From contig JAEETJ010000003.1 in NCBI GenBank assembly GCA_016290295.1, positions 127,048-191,047 of the forward strand: DNA of 64,000 bases, in the 5' to 3' direction. This document shows positions 35,124 through 43,261 of the stretch, in pieces. Source of the DNA: Bacteroidales bacterium (GTDB lineage: Bacteria; Bacteroidota; Bacteroidia; Bacteroidales; WCHB1-69). Position numbers and translations under genes: made by a program. Below the pieces are notes generated by a model. It made no database searches. It worked only from the letters and a program-made list of their open reading frames with translations, and was not told the DNA's origin. Numbering within the stretch: the first letter of the stretch is position 1; every line of letters begins with the position of its first letter.

Positions 35124-36167
35124 ATGAGAATTATTCTGAAGAATCTGATAATAACGTTGTTATGCTGTCTTGTGGCTGGTTTTTGCATGGCACAAGATAA
35201 CCTGAACCGTGTGGATAAGAACGGAAAAAAGCAAGGTCCGTGGAAAAAATACGAAAAGGGGGTGCTGGTTTATGAGGGACAGTTTGTGAATGACGTGCCC
35301 CAAGGTACTTTCAAATACTATTACCCCAACGGTAAGCTGAAAAGTGTGAGCGAGTTTGTGACGGGCGTGTCCAAGGTAAATGTCACTACCTATCACGAAA
35401 ACGGCAACGTGGCTTCCAAAGGTACTTTTATCAACCAGCAGAAGGATGGCAAGTGGAAGTATTTCAATGATAAAAATGTTCTTCTTTCAGAGGAAAACTA
35501 TAAATTAGGCAAGAAGAATGGTGCATTTGTGACCTATTCGGTGGATGGCTATAAACTGAAAGAAGAAATGTATGCCAATGACTTGCTGAACGGTGAATGC
35601 AAATCCTATTATGAGAAAGAAGAGTTGTTTACGGTTTCCCATTACATTAATGGCAAATTGAATGGTGAAATGGTAACTTATTATCCAGGAAAGATTCCGT
35701 CGCAGAAGGGTGTGTATTACAATGGATTAAAAACAGGTGTGTGGGAGGTTTATGACTCAAAAGGTCAGATGCGTATCACTGAGGAATTCGATAAAAATGG
35801 CAATTTGCTGAAGAAATACATTTATTTGTATGTCAATGAGCATCCCCAGAAAATCAATCAGAATTTGATTGCATATTTCCAGAAAAAGGGGGAAACTAAG
35901 ACTGTGGCTATTTTGAAAAATGGCAATAAGATTGAAGCCACAGAGAGTTTGACGACAATAGTGCAGTGGCTGGATATGTTGGAATTTGTGAAGATTACAC
36001 CGAAGCTGTATGCCGAGATGAGCTGTGTGCGAGGTTACAAGAATATAGATGCGCAAAGTGTGCGTGTGCTGTTGAAACCCGCTTTGGATTACGAGGTGAT
36101 TGCCGAAGGTGAGGATGCCGCTTCTATACGTTCGCTGTTCGCCACAGGAGAGCCGAAAGAGAATTAG
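35124..36167 (+). CDS. MORN-variant repeat protein (YwqK-like), secreted
   Basis: 347 aa, with a signal peptide. Repeated G.....G.W..Y..NG.L units (GKKQGPWKKYEKG, VPQGTFKYYYPNGKL, KDGKWKYFN, LNGECKSYY, LNGEMVTYY, KTGVWEVYD). Confidence 0.75.
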   Translation: MRIILKNLIITLLCCLVAGFCMAQDNLNRVDKNGKKQGPWKKYEKGVLVYEGQFVNDVPQGTFKYYYPNGKLKSVSEFVTGVSKVNVTTYHENGNVASKGTFINQQKDGKWKYFNDKNVLLSEENYKLGKKNGAFVTYSVDGYKLKEEMYANDLLNGECKSYYEKEELFTVSHYINGKLNGEMVTYYPGKIPSQKGVYYNGLKTGVWEVYDSKGQMRITEEFDKNGNLLKKYIYLYVNEHPQKINQNLIAYFQKKGETKTVAILKNGNKIEATESLTTIVQWLDMLEFVKITPKLYAEMSCVRGYKNIDAQSVRVLLKPALDYEVIAEGEDAASIRSLFATGEPKEN

Positions 36168-36198
36168 CAAATTAGTCAATTAGCAAATGTGCAAATTG
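36163..36198. repeat. octamer array
   Basis: ATTAGCAA ATTAGTCA ATTAGCAA ATGTGCAA ATTG. Begins on the stop codon of the MORN gene. Near-identical words occur at 54715..54754. Confidence 0.75.
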
Positions 36199-36324
36199 TT
36201 TTTTTGTACCCGTAGGGCGGGGTAGTGGAGAAGTTGAAATTATGGGTTGTAAAATATTTTATTGATCTTCAATGTTTTAAGATTTTTTTGATTCAAAAGT
36301 GATGTAGAAATCAAAAAAAGGTTA

Positions 36325-36332
36325 TATCTTTG
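36325..36332 (+). promoter_or_regulatory. -7 promoter box (TATCTTTG)
   Basis: Exact TAnnTTTG, ~100 nt upstream of the sigma-factor ATG. Confidence 0.45.
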
Positions 36333-36435
36333 CAAAAAATTTAACGCATAACCTTTAAAATTATAGGAGGAACATTATCGATTAGACTTTTACTTGTTTT
36401 TTATTATTAACGATAAAAAAGAAAGGGAGGTCCCT

Positions 36436-37017
36436 ATGAAATCGATAATGCTAAGCGATAGCGAATTGATTAGTTTATATGTTGGTGGCGACGAGTCTGC
36501 GCTGAAGACTTTGATTTTGCGTCACGAAGAAAAGATATTTACTTATATTTTATCAGCGGTAAAGTGCCGCGAGTTGGCGGAAGATATCTTCCAGGATACT
36601 TTTATCAAGGTGATTAACACGCTCCGTTCGGGTGGCTACCAAGACGAAGGCAAGTTCCCGCAGTGGGTGATGCGTATTGCCAATAACCTGAAAATTGACC
36701 ATTTCAGAAAGGCACAGCGCTTGCCAGCTTACGAAAGTAATGGCGATTTTGACATTTTCGACACGCTGGGTATTGAAGACCCATCTGTAGAGCAGAAAAT
36801 GATACAAGAGCAGGTGTATACGGATATCCAGGGTTTGCTGCAATACCTGCCCGAAGAGCAACGAGAGGTCTTAGAGATGCGTATCTATCAGGATATCAGC
36901 TTCAAAGAGATAGCTGAACTGACGAATGTGAGCATCAACACGGCATTGGGTCGTATGCGCTATGCGTTAATTAATTTACGGAAGATGGTAGAGGAAAAGA
37001 AATTGGTTCTTTGCTAA
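36436..37017 (+). CDS. ECF-type RNA polymerase sigma-70 family factor
   Basis: 193 aa from ATG 36436 (the ORF-track start at 36394 is TTG). Region 2 (AEDIFQDTFIKV, FPQWVMRIANNLKIDHFRK) and region 4 (LPEEQREVLEMRIYQDISFKEIAELTNVSINTALGRMRYA). Confidence 0.9.
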   Translation: MKSIMLSDSELISLYVGGDESALKTLILRHEEKIFTYILSAVKCRELAEDIFQDTFIKVINTLRSGGYQDEGKFPQWVMRIANNLKIDHFRKAQRLPAYESNGDFDIFDTLGIEDPSVEQKMIQEQVYTDIQGLLQYLPEEQREVLEMRIYQDISFKEIAELTNVSINTALGRMRYALINLRKMVEEKKLVLC

Positions 37018-37169
37018 TTTTTTAGGCGTATTTCAATAGAAGAAATTTTATCTTGCTCAATATCAATAGGTTGACTTCTTTTTGTAAGAAATCAACCTAT
37101 TGTTGTAAAATAAAGTGAACTATTCCTCGTTAATAAAATGTGTGAATGCAAATTAAACTTTATTAGCCT

Positions 37170-37328
37170 ATGGAAAAAAGTTCGACCCTTTTACAAGAAG
37201 AGAAAAAAACGATGAAAGTTGAGCGTCCCCGCAGAAGTGTGATACAAAACATCTTGAATTATTCAAAATCTTTGCAGGTGGTTCCTGCTGCAAATTTGGG
37301 AATGTCGTTTTTACTGCTCAACAATTAG
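37170..37328 (+). CDS. possible 52-aa mini-protein downstream of the sigma factor
   Basis: ATG..TAG ORF below the 60-aa track cut-off: MEKSSTLLQEEKKTMKVERPRRSVIQNILNYSKSLQVVPAANLGMSFLLLNN. No independent support. Confidence 0.3.
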   Translation: MEKSSTLLQEEKKTMKVERPRRSVIQNILNYSKSLQVVPAANLGMSFLLLNN

Positions 37329-37345
37329 TCCTGGACAGTTTCAAA

Positions 37346-39397
37346 TCACCTCCTTTTACGGCAGAAGTAGTCGCCGATTTTCATCAGCAGGACAGCGTTG
37401 TCGAAAGCTTCACGGCCATAAAAATCCTCTGTGATACAATTTTTTATGAAACGTGATAGTGCAACGTCATAGCAGTTGAAGTGCTGTCCCTTGTACTCAA
37501 AACGCCATGGGAGAAACCATGGGTCCCCGTCTTCGTAATAAAAATTCCTCATCCAACAGGTATCGTTGTTTTGGTTGACAAACTCAATTTTGAACCAATT
37601 CTTCGTTGTGCTTGTAAAACCCTCACCCGTGTTGAGGATGTCGCATAATGTGGCCTTGTCAATATCATCCAGCATATCTGGAATCGAACTATAAAGACTT
37701 TTGTCCTTTTTTTCAATCTTGTTGAAGTCATATTTTCCCAAGTCCAGACGCTTTTGCACTCTGTCCATATAATGCATTTTGTCAATCTTTGTGATGTTAA
37801 AATCTTGTATTTCAATCGTTTTGTCAGGATTGGCATTGGCGTTTTTTAACAATCGGACAAGTTGCGCAACATTCACAGTAATGTCAATCATCGTGTCTGT
37901 TCTCTCTTTAAAACCTCCCTCTTTAGACATCAATGCCTTGTCGAGGAGGGTATCTTGGGCTACATTATATTCAATTTGATGGTTAAAATAGTGAAAACAG
38001 CCTTGGCTGCCAGACGAAATGCTGAATTTCTTAATGGGTACGGCAAGGAAATCACGTAACGGTTCCGAAAGCGTATAGCTTTCAATAGTGTGATCTGGCA
38101 AGGAGTAGCGATGGTTCCGAAGTCCATCCCAAAGAATGGCTACACTGTCGCTTAGTAACTTGATGCCACAGGTCGGGAAGTCCAGTTCCGCCTCACGATA
38201 CCAACGGCGCCCCTTTTTGTCTGCGATATAAAGCTGCTTTTCTTCCACACCCCAGATCAGATGATCCCCGCTTTCCATTAAACAAGGATCCTCTATCGCC
38301 TGATCAGAGGTGTATGGAAAATGGCAAATCAATCCCTTGTGGTTAGCGCGACATACCCGTTTGTTGGCCAGAATCATATATAACGAATTGTTAACAGCTT
38401 TGATGTCAATTGGATATGTGGGGATACGCTTGTCTGTGGGTATCACATATTCCGTTGGTGAAGTGAAAGTCAGCACCCTGAGGCTGTCGTCAACCGCCCA
38501 CAATAGGTTGGTGTTTTTGTCCAGTGTGAAATCATAGATCCGGCCAGGAAACGCTTGCCAGTTAATCTTTTTGCCTGTCGTTGTATAAAAGACCTTGCCA
38601 CACTGTTCTGCAATTAGATAAGATCCCCAAATGAGCACCTTGTTAATTCGTGGCCGATTGTCGAGCTCGCTTGCCACCACTTTCTTCTGGTCTAATGGCG
38701 TGGGAATGCTTCGGGCGGTGCGCCAGTTGTTTTCTGTGATTAGAATCTCGTTTTCATCAGAGCCGATGATGCCGTGAAACGCATCCGCCATATAAAGACC
38801 GTAAATTCTATCCGATTTTTTCAAGGGAATTTTTAACGCCTTGAAATGCTCTCCGAAATCGGTGGAATAGTATATGGTCTTATCAGCTGTGCCGAGCCAG
38901 GCAAACCCATAACTTGATGTAATGGCTGCATAAATCCATCCGTCTCCGCCAATATCTCGCAATTTCCATGTGTGTCCACCGTCGGTAGTGCGATAATACC
39001 CGCTTTTGAGCTTTTGGGGGCCTTCGGGGGATGGTATAGAACCTGTCATGATGGCGGTGTCGGAATTGAAAAAGGAAATGCGGTCAATATAGGGCATGTC
39101 TTTCCATGTAATATCACTCCAGTTGCGCCTTGGGGATGGAACAGGTTGGCCATAATGCCAAGAGGTGATAGGACTGCCGTAATGCCAGTTGGAATCGATG
39201 CTGTTGGTGTAGTATATCTCTCCCGCGGCAGTGGTCAGCCATATCTGCTCGTTCGGCGCGACTGAGATTTCGTTAATTCTCCCGAAAATAATGAGGGGAG
39301 CACGGTAGTCGCGGGTGTCATTTGTGGGATACTCTTGTCCTTGGACGGTGAGCAAGCTCAGCGCAAACAGGAGAAAAAGGACGAGTGACGATTTCAT
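37346..39397 (-). CDS. secreted protein with Asp-box/BNR-like propeller region and unknown C-terminal domain
   Basis: 683 aa from ATG 39397 (MKSSLVLFLLFALSLLTVQG); the -7 box at 39418 lies inside the longer ORF. Asp-box TTDGGHTWKL and a weaker YSTDFGEHF. Confidence 0.6.
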   Translation of the reverse strand: MKSSLVLFLLFALSLLTVQGQEYPTNDTRDYRAPLIIFGRINEISVAPNEQIWLTTAAGEIYYTNSIDSNWHYGSPITSWHYGQPVPSPRRNWSDITWKDMPYIDRISFFNSDTAIMTGSIPSPEGPQKLKSGYYRTTDGGHTWKLRDIGGDGWIYAAITSSYGFAWLGTADKTIYYSTDFGEHFKALKIPLKKSDRIYGLYMADAFHGIIGSDENEILITENNWRTARSIPTPLDQKKVVASELDNRPRINKVLIWGSYLIAEQCGKVFYTTTGKKINWQAFPGRIYDFTLDKNTNLLWAVDDSLRVLTFTSPTEYVIPTDKRIPTYPIDIKAVNNSLYMILANKRVCRANHKGLICHFPYTSDQAIEDPCLMESGDHLIWGVEEKQLYIADKKGRRWYREAELDFPTCGIKLLSDSVAILWDGLRNHRYSLPDHTIESYTLSEPLRDFLAVPIKKFSISSGSQGCFHYFNHQIEYNVAQDTLLDKALMSKEGGFKERTDTMIDITVNVAQLVRLLKNANANPDKTIEIQDFNITKIDKMHYMDRVQKRLDLGKYDFNKIEKKDKSLYSSIPDMLDDIDKATLCDILNTGEGFTSTTKNWFKIEFVNQNNDTCWMRNFYYEDGDPWFLPWRFEYKGQHFNCYDVALSRFIKNCITEDFYGREAFDNAVLLMKIGDYFCRKRR

Positions 39398-39417
39398 GGT
39401 TTTTTCAAATTTGACTG

Positions 39418-39425
39418 CAAAGATA
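39418..39425 (-). promoter_or_regulatory. -7 promoter box (TATCTTTG)
   Basis: Plus strand reads CAAAGATA, 21 nt upstream of ATG 39397. Confidence 0.55.
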
Positions 39426-39517
39426 CTGTTTTTTGTTGAAATGTTGAGTTGTTTGATAGTTGAATTCAGGCCGTAATTTTTTTTGTTAACATCAGCGTGT
39501 AATCCGAAAAAAATGCG

Positions 39518-39525
39518 TAAGTTTG
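39518..39525 (+). promoter_or_regulatory. -7 promoter box (TAAGTTTG)
   Basis: Exact TAnnTTTG, 44 nt upstream of the gcvT ATG at 39569. Confidence 0.55.
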
Positions 39526-39568
39526 CAGTTTGGAACATTTTAAATTTTTAACATTAATACAAAACAAA

Positions 39569-40660
39569 ATGAAACAGACAGTATTCAAAGAAACTCATGA
39601 GAAATTAGGTGCCAAAATGGTTGAATTTGCAGGCTTTTACATGCCCATCCAGTACGAAGGCGTGTCAGCAGAACACCTGCATGTGAGAAGCAAAGTCGGT
39701 GTGTTCGACGTTTCCCACATGGGCGAATTCACCGTGAAAGGTCCCAAAGCTTTAGACCTGCTCCAGTACATTACTTCCAACGACGTGGCCGCTCTCTTCC
39801 CCGGCAAGGTGCAGTATTCCTGCTTCCCCAATGGCAACGGCGGTATCGTTGACGACCTCTTGGTGTACAACATCGCTGAAAACGACTATCTGTTGGTGGT
39901 GAACGCCGCTAATATCGACAAGGACTGGGCTTGGGTAAGCAAACAGAACGAGAAATTCGGTGCTGAAATCGCTAATATCTCCGACAATATCTCACAGTTG
40001 GCCGTTCAGGGTCCTTTGGCACTGAAAGCCATGCAGAAACTGACCGATGCCAATGTCATCGACATGGAATATTATACCACCAAGACTATCACTTTCGCTG
40101 GTATTCCTAATATCATCTTCTCTACCACAGGTTACACAGGTGCCGGTGGTTGCGAGATTTATTTCAAAAACGAGGACGCTCTCAAGGTTTGGGACGCTGT
40201 TTTTGAAGCTGGCAAGGAATTCGACATCAAACCTATCGGTTTGGGTGCCCGCGACACTTTGCGTCTGGAAATGGGCTTCTGCCTCTATGGTCACGAAATC
40301 GACGACACCATCACTCCCGTTGAGGCTGGTTTGGGCTGGATTACCAAATTTGTGGACCACAAGAACTTCATCGACAAAGATTTCATGTTGAATTTGAAAG
40401 CCAACGGCATGAGAAAGAAATTAGCTGGCTTTGAAATGATTGAGCGTGGTATTCCGCGTTTGGAATATGAGGTTTGCGACGCTGAAGGCAACCACATCGG
40501 TATTGTCCGTTCAGGTACTTTCGGACCCTCTATCAACAAATCAGTGGGTACCGCTTGGTTGAAACCCGAATTCGCCAAATCAGGCACGGAAATCTACATC
40601 AAGATCCGTGAGAAACTGGTGAAGGCTGTTACTGTGAAAATGCCGTTTTATAAAGGATAA
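39569..40660 (+). CDS. gcvT: glycine cleavage system aminomethyltransferase GcvT
   Basis: 363 aa from ATG 39569 (MKQTVFKETHEKLGAKMVEFAGFYMPIQY); VGVFDVSHMGEF; family sequence throughout. Confidence 0.95.
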   Translation: MKQTVFKETHEKLGAKMVEFAGFYMPIQYEGVSAEHLHVRSKVGVFDVSHMGEFTVKGPKALDLLQYITSNDVAALFPGKVQYSCFPNGNGGIVDDLLVYNIAENDYLLVVNAANIDKDWAWVSKQNEKFGAEIANISDNISQLAVQGPLALKAMQKLTDANVIDMEYYTTKTITFAGIPNIIFSTTGYTGAGGCEIYFKNEDALKVWDAVFEAGKEFDIKPIGLGARDTLRLEMGFCLYGHEIDDTITPVEAGLGWITKFVDHKNFIDKDFMLNLKANGMRKKLAGFEMIERGIPRLEYEVCDAEGNHIGIVRSGTFGPSINKSVGTAWLKPEFAKSGTEIYIKIREKLVKAVTVKMPFYKG

Positions 40661-40751
40661 AACAGGATTCAGGATTCAGGGGACAGGTGTCAGATTTATT
40701 ACTGATACCTGTAACCTGACACCTGTAACCTGACATCTGATACCTGAAAAT
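40661..40751. repeat. heptamer array (13 words) filling the stop-to-start gap exactly
   Basis: AACAGGA TTCAGGA TTCAGGG GACAGGT GTCAGAT TTATTAC TGATACC TGTAACC TGACACC TGTAACC TGACATC TGATACC TGAAAAT, then the ATG. Confidence 0.85.
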
Positions 40752-41222
40752 ATGTACGACAAACGATTTATGGAGGAAGCCGTTGCCCTGTCCCGGAAAT
40801 GTATCGGGACAGGCAAGGGTGGTCCTTTTGGTGCTGTGGTGGTGAAAGATGGCCAAATTGTGGGCCGCGGCAGTAACAGTGTTACCCTGTTGAACGACCC
40901 CACTGCCCATGCCGAGGTGATGGCTATCAGGGATGCCTGCAAAAACCTGGAATCATTCCAACTGGATGGCTGCGAAATCTACACCAGCTGCGAGCCCTGC
41001 CCCATGTGCTTGGGTGCCATATACTGGGCGCGTCCAGACCGTGTGTATTATGCGGCAGATCGCCAAGATGCTTCAGAAGCTGGTTTCGACGACTCGTTTA
41101 TATATGAGGAACTGGATTTGCCCGCTATGGAGCGGAAAATTGTAGCTGAACAGCACGACCGCGCTATCGCTCAGGAGGTGTTCCAGCAGTGGATACACCT
41201 GGAAAACAAAATTGATTACTAA
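40752..41222 (+). CDS. CDA-fold nucleoside/guanine deaminase
   Basis: 156 aa. Zinc motifs HAE and PCPMC; GuaD-like N-terminus (GGPFGAVVVKDGQIVGRG.N). Confidence 0.85.
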   Translation: MYDKRFMEEAVALSRKCIGTGKGGPFGAVVVKDGQIVGRGSNSVTLLNDPTAHAEVMAIRDACKNLESFQLDGCEIYTSCEPCPMCLGAIYWARPDRVYYAADRQDASEAGFDDSFIYEELDLPAMERKIVAEQHDRAIAQEVFQQWIHLENKIDY

Positions 41223-41225
41223 AAC

Positions 41226-43121
41226 ATGAAGGCCACTCGTCTGCTTATCCTGCTTTTGTTGTTGTGGACTCCCTTTCTGTTGAAAGCGCAGGAAGATGAG
41301 ACCCAGGATGACAGACATTTTCATCAGCATGAGGTGGATTCCGTGATGGCCTTCTCGCCGGATTTTATGCCGGTCTCTTACGATTACATAGAACCCCACT
41401 GGATTAAGCCATTGGTAATGAAACCCGTGGATACTTCAATGGCACAAGTCCATCAATATACCCCTTGGTTGAAAACCCAGAACCTCTGTCAGGATTTGGG
41501 AATCCCCGATCAGGCACACCAGTTTATGAACTTCGATTACAATCGGGATCCTGGTTTTTCCATGATTACCTTGCCTTATCCTTTGTTATGGCAGACACAG
41601 AAAGATGTGAAGTTTTATGATGTAAAGACTTCTTTCACGGATCTTTCTTTTACATACGGAATTGTTGATTTATATGATTTCAACGCCACACACACGCAAT
41701 ATTTCAAAGGTTTGACCGCCGCTTTTGATATGCATGCCTATTCTAATGCGGGGTATTTTTTGAATCAGCAGACGAGGGATATCCGTATCAATGCATTTTT
41801 GAATTATGAGGAACCAGCTGGCATCTATGGCTTTACGGTATCGTATATTTTCAACCGATTGAAAGCACAGGAGAATGGCGGTTTGCAAGATACCTCTTTG
41901 TTTATGCATAGGGCTGCGGATGCTTTGAAGGGATATCCTGTGAAGTCTGAAAATGGTCGTTCCGTCATCATGTCAAATGATTTGCTGTTCCAGCAACATG
42001 TGAATATCATAGATAAAAAGAAGAGATATTATGGCACGATTACCCATAGTTTCCAATTCAAACATTTGAGGACGGATTATTTTGATACAAAATTCGATTC
42101 GACATTTTATCAGCATCATTTCTATTTTTCAACTGATACAACACGGGATACAGTAGCATGCTATAGCCTGATTAATACTATCCAGTGGTCGAATTATAGG
42201 CCTTTGGACACGCTTTCGTCAAAAAAGTATTTTCTCAGGATCGCCGGAGGCTTGACGCATGAGTATGTTTATGCACGAATTCCGTATTATAAGGGGAATA
42301 CGTTCACCCTTTTCGCACGCGTTCATACCCGTTTGTTCGGTGTGATGGATTTGACAGGACGCATAGCGTATTCATTTGGTGGATACAACAATAACGATGT
42401 GGTAGCTGCGGTGGGTGTCGAATGGATGATACAGAAAAAATGGAATCACCGCTTAGGAGGAAATGTCAGTTTCTACCGGAACTCACCGGATTATATCTAT
42501 GATCTTTACTACGGAAACCATAATTTATGGTATCATAAGGATTGGCCGAAGCAGAATACGCTGAAGGTAAATGCTTTCTGGACCATGATGAATTACAAGC
42601 TGGAGTTCAATTATTTTATGTTGCAAAATTTGGTGCGTTTGGACTCCCACTATGAATTGTATATATTGCCGAAGAGTGCTAATGTAATACAGTTCCATCT
42701 GTTTGCCCCTATCAGGGTAAAGGGCTTTGGACTGGATATCAATGCTTATCTGCAGTATTCGACCAGTGTGGCTTTGAATCTTCCTTTGTTCGCTTTCAAA
42801 GCATCCCCTTATTACATTTTCAATGTGTTGCATGGTAAGCTGAAAATACAGATAGGCTGTGATTTGATGTACAATACTTTGTATTTCGCTGATGGGTATG
42901 ACCCTGTTATGCATCAGTTCTATTTCCAAAGAACAATGAGAGTGGGTAACTATGTGTATTGGGATGCCAACTTGACACTTAAAATCAAGCGTATCAGCTT
43001 CTTCTTCAGGGCAGGGCACATTTTGTCGGGTGTAGTAGGGCAGTTCTATTTTCTGACTCCCGATTACCCGGCACAAGGACGAAACTTCCAGCTGGGCATC
43101 AATTGGAAATTCTATGACTAA
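41226..43121 (+). CDS. outer-membrane beta-barrel protein (putative porin family)
   Basis: 631 aa. Signal peptide MKATRLLILLLLLWTPFLLKAQ, Y/G/N/F-rich alternating pattern, terminal strand GINWKFYD. Confidence 0.6.
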   Translation: MKATRLLILLLLLWTPFLLKAQEDETQDDRHFHQHEVDSVMAFSPDFMPVSYDYIEPHWIKPLVMKPVDTSMAQVHQYTPWLKTQNLCQDLGIPDQAHQFMNFDYNRDPGFSMITLPYPLLWQTQKDVKFYDVKTSFTDLSFTYGIVDLYDFNATHTQYFKGLTAAFDMHAYSNAGYFLNQQTRDIRINAFLNYEEPAGIYGFTVSYIFNRLKAQENGGLQDTSLFMHRAADALKGYPVKSENGRSVIMSNDLLFQQHVNIIDKKKRYYGTITHSFQFKHLRTDYFDTKFDSTFYQHHFYFSTDTTRDTVACYSLINTIQWSNYRPLDTLSSKKYFLRIAGGLTHEYVYARIPYYKGNTFTLFARVHTRLFGVMDLTGRIAYSFGGYNNNDVVAAVGVEWMIQKKWNHRLGGNVSFYRNSPDYIYDLYYGNHNLWYHKDWPKQNTLKVNAFWTMMNYKLEFNYFMLQNLVRLDSHYELYILPKSANVIQFHLFAPIRVKGFGLDINAYLQYSTSVALNLPLFAFKASPYYIFNVLHGKLKIQIGCDLMYNTLYFADGYDPVMHQFYFQRTMRVGNYVYWDANLTLKIKRISFFFRAGHILSGVVGQFYFLTPDYPAQGRNFQLGINWKFYD

Positions 43122-43130
43122 CAAAAAAGA

Positions 43131-43256
43131 GATAATAGTTGATAGTTAATAATTAATAGTTGACGAATAATGACTAATAGATAAGGAATAGTATTTGATA
43201 AACAAGGGATTATTTTCCTATTAACTATTAACTGTTAACTATTAACTGTAAATTGC
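43131..43256. repeat. heptamer array (18 words in one register)
   Basis: GATAATA GTTGATA GTTAATA ATTAATA GTTGACG AATAATG ACTAATA GATAAGG AATAGTA TTTGATA AACAAGG GATTATT TTCCTAT TAACTAT TAACTGT TAACTAT TAACTGT AAATTGC. Confidence 0.8.
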
Positions 43257-43261
43257 AAACA

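Noticed and set aside
39398-39568. Glycine riboswitch upstream of gcvT
   Set aside because: The 171-nt gap holds two divergent promoters, and the gcvT leader after its -7 box is only ~44 nt. No tandem glycine-aptamer-like conserved cores are visible.
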